Shown piece by piece: positions 24,926 through 32,000 of a DNA stretch of 32,000 bases (positions are counted from its first letter, which is position 1; every line of letters begins with the position of its first letter). The notes beneath the pieces are model-generated. The model was not told the origin of the DNA, did not search any database, and worked only from the letters and a program-made list of their open reading frames with translations. The position numbers and the translations under genes were made by a program. This stretch comes from Actinomycetota bacterium (GTDB taxonomy: Bacteria > Actinomycetota > Actinomycetes > Actinomycetales > Micrococcaceae): NCBI GenBank assembly GCA_051751385.1, contig JBNJKW010000001.1:851272-883271 (forward strand). The letters run 5' to 3'.

Positions 24926-25924
24926 ATGAACAGGCTGACCGAAGCTCCCGGACACATTCCGCACACGGGACACCCGCGAAAGGGCTTTTTCACCGACACT
25001 TCGATTTGCATCGGATGCAAAGCGTGCGAAGTGGCCTGCAAGGAATGGAACCGCAACCCCCACGACTCGCAGTACGAATTGCTCGAGTCCTCCTACGACA
25101 ACACCGGCGCATTGGGAGCGGACACGTGGCGCCACGTCGCCTTCATCGAGCAGGACCGCGAGCAGATCGAAAAGGCACGCGACTCCGGACGGGCACTCGT
25201 CAGCCTCGGTATGCCCGGCATCGGACCGCCGGAAATCTCCGATGCCGCGGGGAAACCCTCCGGCGCGGATACGACGCCCCCCGATACGCCCGATTTCAGG
25301 TGGCTGATGTCCTCCGATGTGTGCAAGCACTGCACTAACGCCGGGTGCCTCGACGTGTGCCCGACCGGTGCACTGTTCCGCACCGAGCACGGCACTGTTG
25401 TGGTGCAGGACGATGTCTGCAACGGGTGCGGCACCTGCGTGGCAGGGTGCCCGTTCGGCGTCATCGAGCGGCGCAGCGATGGCACTGCAGGGGTAAAGGC
25501 ACAGCGCGACTTCACCCCAGGGGAACAGGCGCCGACCCGCAATGTAGGCGTCGCCCAGAAATGCACGCTCTGCTACGACCGGATGGTTGATGGCCAGACC
25601 CCCGCCTGTGCCCAGGCCTGCCCGACGACGTCGATCAAGTACGGCGAGCGCGAGGAGTTGGTGAGCAGCGCGAAACAGCGAGTCGCCGAACTGCACTCGC
25701 AGGGACTGACCGAGGCGCGCCTCTACGGGGCCAATGACGCCGACGGGGTCGGTGGCACCGGTTCCGTGTTCCTGCTGCTGGATGAGCCGGAGGTGTACGG
25801 TCTGCCGCCGGATCCGCGCGTTCCGACCGCCGACTTGCCACGGATGTTCAAACGGGCGGGACTCGCTGCCGCCGGCATGTTGGCGGCGACCGCTGCGGCC
25901 TTCTTGGCTGGAGGCCGCCCTTGA
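24926..25924 (+). CDS. fdhB: Formate dehydrogenase iron-sulfur (beta) subunit, 4x[4Fe-4S], C-terminal membrane anchor
   Basis: The ATG immediately follows the fdhA TAA. Ferredoxin motifs CIGCKACEVACKEWN, CKHCTNAGCLDVCP, CNGCGTCVAGCPFG and CTLCYDR...CAQACPT. Hydrophobic C-terminus AGLAAAGMLAATAAAFLAGG. Confidence 0.9.
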   Translation: MNRLTEAPGHIPHTGHPRKGFFTDTSICIGCKACEVACKEWNRNPHDSQYELLESSYDNTGALGADTWRHVAFIEQDREQIEKARDSGRALVSLGMPGIGPPEISDAAGKPSGADTTPPDTPDFRWLMSSDVCKHCTNAGCLDVCPTGALFRTEHGTVVVQDDVCNGCGTCVAGCPFGVIERRSDGTAGVKAQRDFTPGEQAPTRNVGVAQKCTLCYDRMVDGQTPACAQACPTTSIKYGEREELVSSAKQRVAELHSQGLTEARLYGANDADGVGGTGSVFLLLDEPEVYGLPPDPRVPTADLPRMFKRAGLAAAGMLAATAAAFLAGGRP

Positions 25925-27003
25925 CCGTCTCCGACTTCGACAACTACCGCCCGCCCGAACCGCCACGCCGGTCCAGGCGCGGAGGCAAGCGGCGGCGCGC
26001 TGGAACAGGGGACGGCTCCGGCGAAATACCGATGGTGCCAGAGCCGGAGTTCACCTCCTACTACGGCCGGCCCGTGGTCAAACCGCCGCCATGGGGTGAC
26101 CCGATCGGCGCCTACCTCTTCCTGGGCGGCGTGGCCGGCGGCTCGGCGCTGCTTGGACTCGGCGGGCAGCTCACGGGCAGGCCGGCGCTGTGCCGCAACA
26201 GCCGACTGGCCGCCCTTACATCAGTAGGGATTGGTGCTGCCGCGTTGGTTGCCGATTTGGGCCGGCCGGAACGTTTCCTCAACATGCTGCGCACGATCAA
26301 GCCCACGTCTCCAATGAGCCTTGGCTCCTGGATCCTCGCGGCCTTCAGCGCCGGCGTTGGAATTTCGGCAGCCTCCGAGATTGACCGCATGACCGGTTCC
26401 CGGCTCCCGCTGGGGCCGCTGCGCGGGATGCTGCGCGCGATGGAGGGGCCGGCGGGGATGGAGGCGGCATTGTTCGCGACCCCGCTCTCCGCCTACACCG
26501 CCGTTCTGTTGTCGGACACCGCCAACCCGACGTGGAACGCGGCGCGCGAAGATCTGCCCTTCGTCTTCGTGGGTTCTGCCAGTCTCGCCGCGGCCGGACT
26601 TGCCATGATCACCACACCCGTCCAGGAAGCCGGGCCCGCCCGCGCGCTCGCCGTACTGGGAGTATCAGTCGATCTGATCGCCACCCGGGTTATGGAGAAC
26701 CGCATGGACCCGGTGGCCGCTGAACCCCTCCGCGAGGGCGCTCCCGGGCGAATGCTCACGTGGAGTCAGCGGCTGGCGGTGGCCGGCGGCCTCGGCGTCC
26801 TGGCCGGCGGCTGCCATCGGCCGGTGGCGGCGGCCTGCGGCCTGGCGCTGCTGACAGCCTCGGCGCTCACCCGGTTCGGAATTCTGCGTGCCGGCATCCG
26901 CTCGACCGAAGACCCCCGGTACACGATCGAACCGCAGAAGAAGCGGCTCGCGGCGCGGCGGCAAGCCGGCGTCGTTGACGATTCGATCACGACCGCCGGA
27001 TGA
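25921..27003 (+). CDS. fdhC: NrfD/PsrC-like integral membrane subunit of the formate dehydrogenase
   Basis: TTG 25921 overlaps the fdhB TGA (TTGA); ATG 26032 is the alternative. Polytopic protein: FTSYYGRPVVKPPPWGDPIGAYLFLGGVAGGS followed by about 8 TM segments, typical of the NrfD family. Confidence 0.8.
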   Translation: MTVSDFDNYRPPEPPRRSRRGGKRRRAGTGDGSGEIPMVPEPEFTSYYGRPVVKPPPWGDPIGAYLFLGGVAGGSALLGLGGQLTGRPALCRNSRLAALTSVGIGAAALVADLGRPERFLNMLRTIKPTSPMSLGSWILAAFSAGVGISAASEIDRMTGSRLPLGPLRGMLRAMEGPAGMEAALFATPLSAYTAVLLSDTANPTWNAAREDLPFVFVGSASLAAAGLAMITTPVQEAGPARALAVLGVSVDLIATRVMENRMDPVAAEPLREGAPGRMLTWSQRLAVAGGLGVLAGGCHRPVAAACGLALLTASALTRFGILRAGIRSTEDPRYTIEPQKKRLAARRQAGVVDDSITTAG

Positions 27004-27012
27004 GCCGGGGCG

Positions 27013-27051
27013 ACCGCCGGACAAGCCGGATCACACCGCCGGATAAGCCGG
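27013..27051. repeat. 22-bp-period tandem duplication ACCGCCGGA(C/T)AAGCCGG x2 in the fdhC/selD convergent gap
   Basis: 27013-27029 matches 27035-27051 at 16/17. A partial AGCCGGG also occurs at 27003-27009. Confidence 0.6.
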
Positions 27052-27058
27052 GAGACGT

Positions 27059-28072
27059 TTAGCGCACTTCTATGCCGGACGCCGCAACCGTCTGCCCGAC
27101 TACAGGGTGCCCCGGCAGCTCGCCAACCACGAGCAGGCCGCCCGACGTCTGCGCATCTGCCAGCATCAGCAGGTCGTCTTCCGTGATTCCTGCTCCCGTG
27201 CGCAGGTGCGGGCGCACCCAATCGAGATTGCGCCGGGTGCCTCCGGAGATGTAGCCATCCCGGAGCGCTTCCCGTGCCCCTGCGACGAGGGGAACCGCAG
27301 CGCGGTCGATCACCGCCCCCACCCGGGACGCACGGCACATCTTGTAGAGGTGGCCGAGTAAACCGAAGCCGGTGACGTCGGTTGCTGCGCGGACGCCACT
27401 GCGCAGCGCCGCGTCCGCGGCATCCCGGTTCAACTGAGTCATCACGGCGATCGCCTCCTCGAAGACCTCACCGGTCTGCTTGTGCCGGTTGTTGAGCAGA
27501 CCCAGGCCGATCGGCTTGGTCAGCGTGATCGGCAGCCCGGGCTTGGCTGCATCGTTGCGCATGAGCTGCCCGGGCGCGGCGATTCCGGTCACCGCCATCC
27601 CGTACTTCGGTTCAGGGTCGTCCACCGAGTGCCCGCCGGTCACCGGACACGCCGCGTCCGAAGCTACATCCAGCCCACCTCGCAGCACTTCGGTAAGCAG
27701 TTCCATCGGCAGGACGCCGCGGGGCCAACCGACCAGGTTGATCGCGCTGATCGGACGTCCGCCCATGGCATAGATATCGGAGAGGGCGTTCGCCGCTGCT
27801 ATCCGGCCCCAGTCATAGGCATCGTCCACCACGGGAGTGAAGAAGTCCGCCGTCGAAAGCACCGCGAGATCCTCACCCACTTGTACGGCGGATGCATCGT
27901 CGCCATCGTCGAGCCCCACGAGGACGCCGGGGTCGGCCTGGCCGGTCAAACCGCGGACAACGTCCTCGAGTTCACCGGGCGGAATCTTGCAGGCACAGCC
28001 TCCGCCGTGCGCGTAAGTTGTGAGCCGGACGGCTTCCGCGGGTTCTTTCATCACGCCGGTGATCGCGTTCAT
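27059..28072 (-). CDS. selD: Selenide, water dikinase (selenophosphate synthetase), Cys-type
   Basis: N-terminal RLTTYAHGGGCACKIPPGEL (glycine-rich loop with Cys, not Sec), plus GGHSVDDPEPKYGMAVTG and the AIR-synthase-like fold pattern. 337 aa. An alternative start at Met8 is possible. Confidence 0.92.
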   Translation of the reverse strand: MNAITGVMKEPAEAVRLTTYAHGGGCACKIPPGELEDVVRGLTGQADPGVLVGLDDGDDASAVQVGEDLAVLSTADFFTPVVDDAYDWGRIAAANALSDIYAMGGRPISAINLVGWPRGVLPMELLTEVLRGGLDVASDAACPVTGGHSVDDPEPKYGMAVTGIAAPGQLMRNDAAKPGLPITLTKPIGLGLLNNRHKQTGEVFEEAIAVMTQLNRDAADAALRSGVRAATDVTGFGLLGHLYKMCRASRVGAVIDRAAVPLVAGAREALRDGYISGGTRRNLDWVRPHLRTGAGITEDDLLMLADAQTSGGLLVVGELPGHPVVGQTVAASGIEVR

Positions 28073-28113
28073 GGGTCCAGCATAGGAGCGACGGGCGATG
28101 TTAGCATGCTCTT

Positions 28114-28208
28114 GGAGGCGTCCGGGTCCTGGTGGGCCCCCCGGTCTTCAAAACCGGTGAGACCGAGTACCTCGGTCTGGCGGGTTCGATTCCCGTCCGC
28201 TTCCGCCA
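28114..28208 (+). tRNA. selC: tRNA-Sec (anticodon TCA)
   Basis: Hand fold of 95 nt. Acceptor GGAGGCG pairs with CGCTTCC. 6-bp D stem GGGTCC/GGGCCC with 4-nt loop TGGT. Anticodon loop CTTCAAA (TCA at 28148-28150). Long variable arm AGACCGAG-TAC-CTCGGTCT. T arm has the TTCGATT loop. Acceptor plus T stems total 13 bp. Discriminator G and an encoded CCA are present. Confidence 0.9.
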
Positions 28209-28246
28209 GCTGCTGCAGCTGATGGAGACGCGGGGAAGGAGGGTCC

Positions 28247-29569
28247 GTGGGCCAGAACGACCCGCGCCGGCAGATTCCGCGCACCGACCAGCTGCTCGCC
28301 CATCCGGAGCTTCGCCACGCGCGCAGCCGGCTCGGCGAAGACGTGATCCGTTCTGCTGTGCACGACGTGCAAGAACAGGCGCGCCGTGGCGACCTTGCCC
28401 CGGGAGACGTCGAAGCGATGGTCCTGGCCGCCGTAGCTTCCCGCGCAGCATCCTCGTTAAGGCCCGTACTCAACGCCACCGGGGTCATCGTCCATACGAA
28501 TCTAGGACGTGCTCCGCTCTCCGACTCTGCCCGGCAGGCGCTGCTCTCGGCGGCAGGTTATGTTGACGTCGAGATGGACTTGCCCACCGGCGAGAGATCA
28601 CGGCGTGGGGCCGGTGCGCGGCAGGCTTTGCTGGACGCCTGCCCGGCTGCCGAAGAAGCCTTGGTGGTGAACAATGGTGCCGCGGCCCTGGTGCTGGCCA
28701 CAACCGCGCTCGCCGGTGCCAACGAAGTGGTGATTAGCCGCGGTGAGCTCGTCGAGATCGGGGCCGGTTTCAGGCTTCCCGAGCTGATTGAATCGACCGG
28801 TGCCCGCTTGCGCGAAGTAGGGACCACCAACCGGACGCACCTGGCGGATTACGCTGCGGCGATCGGCTCACCAACCGGTTGCCTGCTCAAGGTGCACCCC
28901 AGCAATTTCCGGGTCAGCGGGTTTACTTCGGGCGTCGGCATCGGCGAGCTACGCTCCCTGGCCGACGAACATCAGGTTCCCCTCGTCGTAGATCTCGGCA
29001 GCGGCCTGCTCGCGCCGGACCCGATGCTGCCTGAGGAACCGGACATATCCGGCGCGCTGGCGGCTGGTGCCGACGTCGTCATCGCCAGCGGGGACAAACT
29101 CCTGGGCGGACCCCAAGCAGGACTGGCCTTGGGCCGAGCCGAAGTGATGGCCCGCCTGACCCGCCATCCTTTGGCGCGGGCGGTGCGGGCGGACAAGCTG
29201 ACGCTGGCCGCGTTGGAAGCGACCATCATCGGCGGACAGACACCGGTAACGGCTGCTCTGCACGCCGACCCCATTCGGCTACGCGAGCGCGCGGAACGCT
29301 TGGCGGCTGCCACCGGAGGCCGGGTAATCCAGCATGACGGAAGGGTCGGCGGCGGGGGAGCGCCCGGGGTCCCGCTGCCGGGCTGGGCGGTCCAGCTGCC
29401 CGAACCGGTCGCCCGCCGGCTACGCACGGGGGACCCGGTTGTATTGCCACGGATCCACGGCGGTGCCTGCCTGATCGACCTGCGCTGTGTGCCGGAGGCC
29501 GACGACGAGCGGCTGGCTGCCGCCGTTCGGGCTGCACTTTCGCACGTCCTTGACGGCCGAGAGCCGTAG
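28247..29569 (+). CDS. selA: L-seryl-tRNA(Sec) selenium transferase
   Basis: GTG start preceded by GGAAGGAGGG. N-terminal RRQIPRTDQLL and the PLP-lysine motif SGDKLLGGPQAG. 440 aa. Confidence 0.92.
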   Translation: MGQNDPRRQIPRTDQLLAHPELRHARSRLGEDVIRSAVHDVQEQARRGDLAPGDVEAMVLAAVASRAASSLRPVLNATGVIVHTNLGRAPLSDSARQALLSAAGYVDVEMDLPTGERSRRGAGARQALLDACPAAEEALVVNNGAAALVLATTALAGANEVVISRGELVEIGAGFRLPELIESTGARLREVGTTNRTHLADYAAAIGSPTGCLLKVHPSNFRVSGFTSGVGIGELRSLADEHQVPLVVDLGSGLLAPDPMLPEEPDISGALAAGADVVIASGDKLLGGPQAGLALGRAEVMARLTRHPLARAVRADKLTLAALEATIIGGQTPVTAALHADPIRLRERAERLAAATGGRVIQHDGRVGGGGAPGVPLPGWAVQLPEPVARRLRTGDPVVLPRIHGGACLIDLRCVPEADDERLAAAVRAALSHVLDGREP

Positions 29570-29578
29570 GCTCCTGAG

Positions 29579-31381
29579 ATGTTCGTGGTGGCCACGGCCG
29601 GACACGTCGACCACGGTAAGAGCACCCTCGTGCGGGCCCTCACCGGAATGGAGCCCGACCGTTGGGCTGAAGAAAGGCGCCGGGGCCTGACCATCGACCT
29701 CGGTTTCGCCTGGACTCGGCTTCCGTCAGGCAAGGACGTGGCCTTCGTGGATGTGCCCGGCCACGAGCGGTTCCTCGGAAATATGCTGGCCGGCCTCGGG
29801 CCCGTCCCGGCGGTGTGTTTCGTCGTCGCCGTCGACGAGGGGTGGCAGGCACAATCCAGCGACCATCGCGACGCCATCGCCGCGTTTGGCATTGAGCACG
29901 GGGTAGTGGTGCTGACCCGCAGTGACCGCGCGCCGGAGCGGGCCGACGAAGTTCTCGCGCGGGTGCGCGCCGAGCTGGCCGGCACCGGGCTGCACAACGC
30001 ACCGGCGGTCACCGTGTCCGCGGTTGCCGGGACCGGACTCAATGAATTGCGCCGCGTACTGGACCAGACGTTGGAAGCTCTACCGCGTCCCGACCCCACG
30101 GCTCGAGTGCGCCTATGGATTGACCGTTCGTTCAGCATCAGTGGAGCCGGGACAGTGATCACCGGGACCCTCACGGCGGGCACCCTGACCCAGGGAGACC
30201 GTTTGAGGATCTACGGCCACCACGATGTCAGGCCGGTATCTGTACGGGCTCTGCACAGCCGCAATCAGGCAGTTCCCTCTGTCGGTCCAACCAGTCGGGT
30301 GGCCGTCAATCTCCGCTCCGGCGTGCCCGCTGATGCCGTGCACCGCGGCGACGTCCTTCTCTCGGACGACAGCTGGCCGGTGGTGGACACGATCGACGTC
30401 CGCCGGACCATGGGTACGCCGTTCGACGACGTTCCGAAGGAACTGATCGCGCATATCGGCACCGCCGCCGTGCCGTGCCGGCTGCGTTCGTTCGACGGCG
30501 ACCATGCTCGGCTCGCCTTCGATCGGCAACTGCCGCTCGAGCTCGGGGACCGACTGGTGCTTCGGACAACGGACAGCCGGTCGGTGCTGGCGGGGGTGCA
30601 CATCCTTGACGTCGATCCGCCGGCACTCAAACGTCGCGGGGACAGTGCTCAGCGGACGCAAAGCCTCGCGGTCATGCCACCCGATGGAGACGCGCTGATC
30701 GAAGTCGCTCGCCGCGGTGCCGTCCGCGTGGAACAGCTGCGGCGCATGGGGATTGCTTCCCTCGGAAATGTACCCGACCAGGTTCAGGCATTTGGTGACT
30801 GGTGGGTACACCGTCCGGTCTTCGATGCCTGGCAGCGGCGGCTGCGGCTCTCGGTCCAAGAACTTGCGAAGAAGGACCCTCTGTCCGCCGGCCTGTCCCG
30901 CGGAGCTGCCCGGGAGCTGCTGGGACCCGAAGGCGAAGCATTGCTGGACGCGGTGGTGCGGGAGGCGGGTCTGGAGCACGACGGAGGATTCATCCGCCTC
31001 CCGGGAACCCGCAGTGACCTCGGCCCGGCAGAGGCGGCCGTGCGCGCGGTGGAGAGAGGCCTAAGCTCCCAACCATTCGCCGCGCCGGAGGCTCACGACC
31101 TGAAGGATCTGGGACTGGGGGAGCGCGAACTTGCGGCGGCCGAGCGAAGCGGACGCCTGCTGCGGCTGGCCGCTGGTGTGGTCCTGCTTCCAGAAGCACC
31201 GGCCATGGCGATGCGTGAATTGGCCCGCCTGCCGCAGCCCTTCACGACCAGCGAGGCGCGCCAAAGCCTGGGTACCACCAGACGTGTTGCTGTCCCGCTG
31301 CTGGAACACCTCGACGCGCTGGGATGGACCCGGCGCCTCGACTCCGGCCACCGCACCCTCGTCCGTCCAGCTCGGGGATAG
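29579..31381 (+). CDS. selB: Selenocysteine-specific translation elongation factor
   Basis: G-domain motifs AGHVDHGKST, DVPGHERF and TRSD. About 250 aa of C-terminal extension is consistent with the SECIS-binding winged-helix domains. Starts 9 nt after the selA stop. Confidence 0.92.
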   Translation: MFVVATAGHVDHGKSTLVRALTGMEPDRWAEERRRGLTIDLGFAWTRLPSGKDVAFVDVPGHERFLGNMLAGLGPVPAVCFVVAVDEGWQAQSSDHRDAIAAFGIEHGVVVLTRSDRAPERADEVLARVRAELAGTGLHNAPAVTVSAVAGTGLNELRRVLDQTLEALPRPDPTARVRLWIDRSFSISGAGTVITGTLTAGTLTQGDRLRIYGHHDVRPVSVRALHSRNQAVPSVGPTSRVAVNLRSGVPADAVHRGDVLLSDDSWPVVDTIDVRRTMGTPFDDVPKELIAHIGTAAVPCRLRSFDGDHARLAFDRQLPLELGDRLVLRTTDSRSVLAGVHILDVDPPALKRRGDSAQRTQSLAVMPPDGDALIEVARRGAVRVEQLRRMGIASLGNVPDQVQAFGDWWVHRPVFDAWQRRLRLSVQELAKKDPLSAGLSRGAARELLGPEGEALLDAVVREAGLEHDGGFIRLPGTRSDLGPAEAAVRAVERGLSSQPFAAPEAHDLKDLGLGERELAAAERSGRLLRLAAGVVLLPEAPAMAMRELARLPQPFTTSEARQSLGTTRRVAVPLLEHLDALGWTRRLDSGHRTLVRPARG

Positions 31382-31468
31382 GCAGCGGACGGCCAGTCGA
31401 AGGCATCAGCAGGCGGCGCGGTTCAGTTAGCAGTCGATAACTAAAGTTTGTCTCAGGCAACTGTCTTC

Positions 31469-31490
31469 AGGGCCCGGCGTCACGGGCCCT
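31469..31490 (+). terminator. GC-rich hairpin downstream of selB (possible terminator, no U-tract)
   Basis: AGGGCCCG-GCGTCA-CGGGCCCT forms a perfect 8-bp stem with a 6-nt loop, 88 nt after the selB stop. No T-run follows, so terminator function is uncertain. Confidence 0.3.
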
Positions 31491-31774
31491 AAGCGCCCTC
31501 GTTCCCCGTGTTTCCGGGCAATTACCGATGTTGCGTCACCATGACGGCCATGTTTCCAGCAGAGACGGGCCGTGGCTTCAAGGTTGCATCTCGGTAACAA
31601 CCGGATCTGAAGCGAAGTTTTTATACCCAACCCGATGGGTTCCGGTTTACGCTCTAATGCGTGTGAGACATGCCACGTTCGGCGGGAAGCTCGTTGAACT
31701 TCAGGCGACGGGGTGTATGTCCGTCCTCGGCAGCACTGCCGGGGACCCTTCAGAGACAGAAACAAGGAGGCGGA

Positions 31775-32000
31775 ATGCGTTTCGGACGTACTTCCAAAGC
31801 TATCGGTGTCGCGGCTGTTGCAGCCCTGGCCCTGAGCGCCTGCGCGACTTCGGGCGGCGGAAATTCTTCCCCCGGAGGCACGGGCGAGTCCACTGCGGCC
31901 GGAACCGGCGGTTCAATCAGCGTCGCTGAGACCAACGCTTTCAGCTCATTCAACTCGGATTCCGCCACGGGCAACGTCGACATTAACGGCAAGATCGCCT
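31775..32000 (+). CDS. Lipoprotein, probable ABC-transporter solute-binding protein (peptide/nickel family-5-like), 5' fragment running off the window
   Basis: Not in the ORF track because it is open at the window end. AAGGAGG lies 5 nt upstream of ATG 31775. Hand translation gives MRFGRTSKAIGVAAVAALALSACATSGGGNSSPGG...SISVAETNAFSSFNSDSATGNVDINGKIA. Signal peptide with lipobox LSAC. Family guess comes from the N-terminal mature sequence only. Confidence 0.65.
   Translation, partial: MRFGRTSKAIGVAAVAALALSACATSGGGNSSPGGTGESTAAGTGGSISVAETNAFSSFNSDSATGNVDINGKIA

Noticed and set aside
27059-28072. Possibility that SelD is itself a selenoprotein
   Set aside because: The active-site loop reads GGGCACK with a Cys codon, and the ORF is uninterrupted.
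31528-31929. 133-aa plus-strand track ORF overlapping the start of the lipoprotein gene
   Set aside because: It is out of frame with a much better candidate (ATG 31775, which has an AAGGAGG SD, a signal peptide and a lipobox), and its product is Arg/Cys/Gly-rich.
1-32000. Search for mobile elements, CRISPR arrays, toxin-antitoxin or defence-system genes
   Set aside because: I found no transposase, integrase or recombinase motifs, no terminal inverted repeats, no regularly spaced 25-40-nt repeats, and no nuclease or ATPase defence-like ORFs. The only repeats are the short intergenic ones reported above.

Overview
High-GC, gene-dense window that looks like actinobacterial chromosome (lineage is a guess from composition and protein style). 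I saw no rRNA, CRISPR array, transposase, integrase or phage genes. Layout: (1) 1-4.5 kb holds unrelated small-enzyme genes: MFS tail, GlcG-like, SDR, hexapeptide acetyltransferase, arfB, VOC, RibD_C/DHFR-family. (2) 4.7-15.2 kb is a nickel and hydrogenase island, hoxN-type Ni/Co permease, hypA, hypB, then Tat-less [NiFe]-hydrogenase small and large subunits with the group 1h/5 (high-affinity, hhyS/hhyL-type) motifs. These are followed by five tightly coupled genes of unknown or poorly known function (one is a 39-codon ORF missing from the ORF track), the maturation endopeptidase, hypC and an acidic disordered protein. hypD/E/F are absent. (3) 15.3-21.5 kb holds a conserved hypothetical gene, a siderophore/B12-type ABC importer (SBP, permease, ATPase), an APC amino-acid permease and a DUF1801-like gene. 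(4) 21.6-27.0 kb is a three-subunit formate dehydrogenase. Its catalytic subunit is split in the ORF track by an in-frame TGA (22172-22174) that I read as selenocysteine, with a SECIS-like hairpin 11 nt downstream. (5) 27.1-31.4 kb carries the complete Sec-decoding kit: selD (minus strand), tRNA-Sec, selA, selB. (6) A 393-bp lower-GC spacer precedes the 5' end of a lipoprotein solute-binding gene that runs off the window. The best candidate for under-described biology is the coupled unknown-function module between hhyL and the protease (10047-13893). Other points worth a second look are a 14-mer shared by the hoxN and hypA upstream regions, two intergenic repeat arrays, a His-rich hexanucleotide-repeat insert in FdhA, and the back-to-back selD/selC promoter region.
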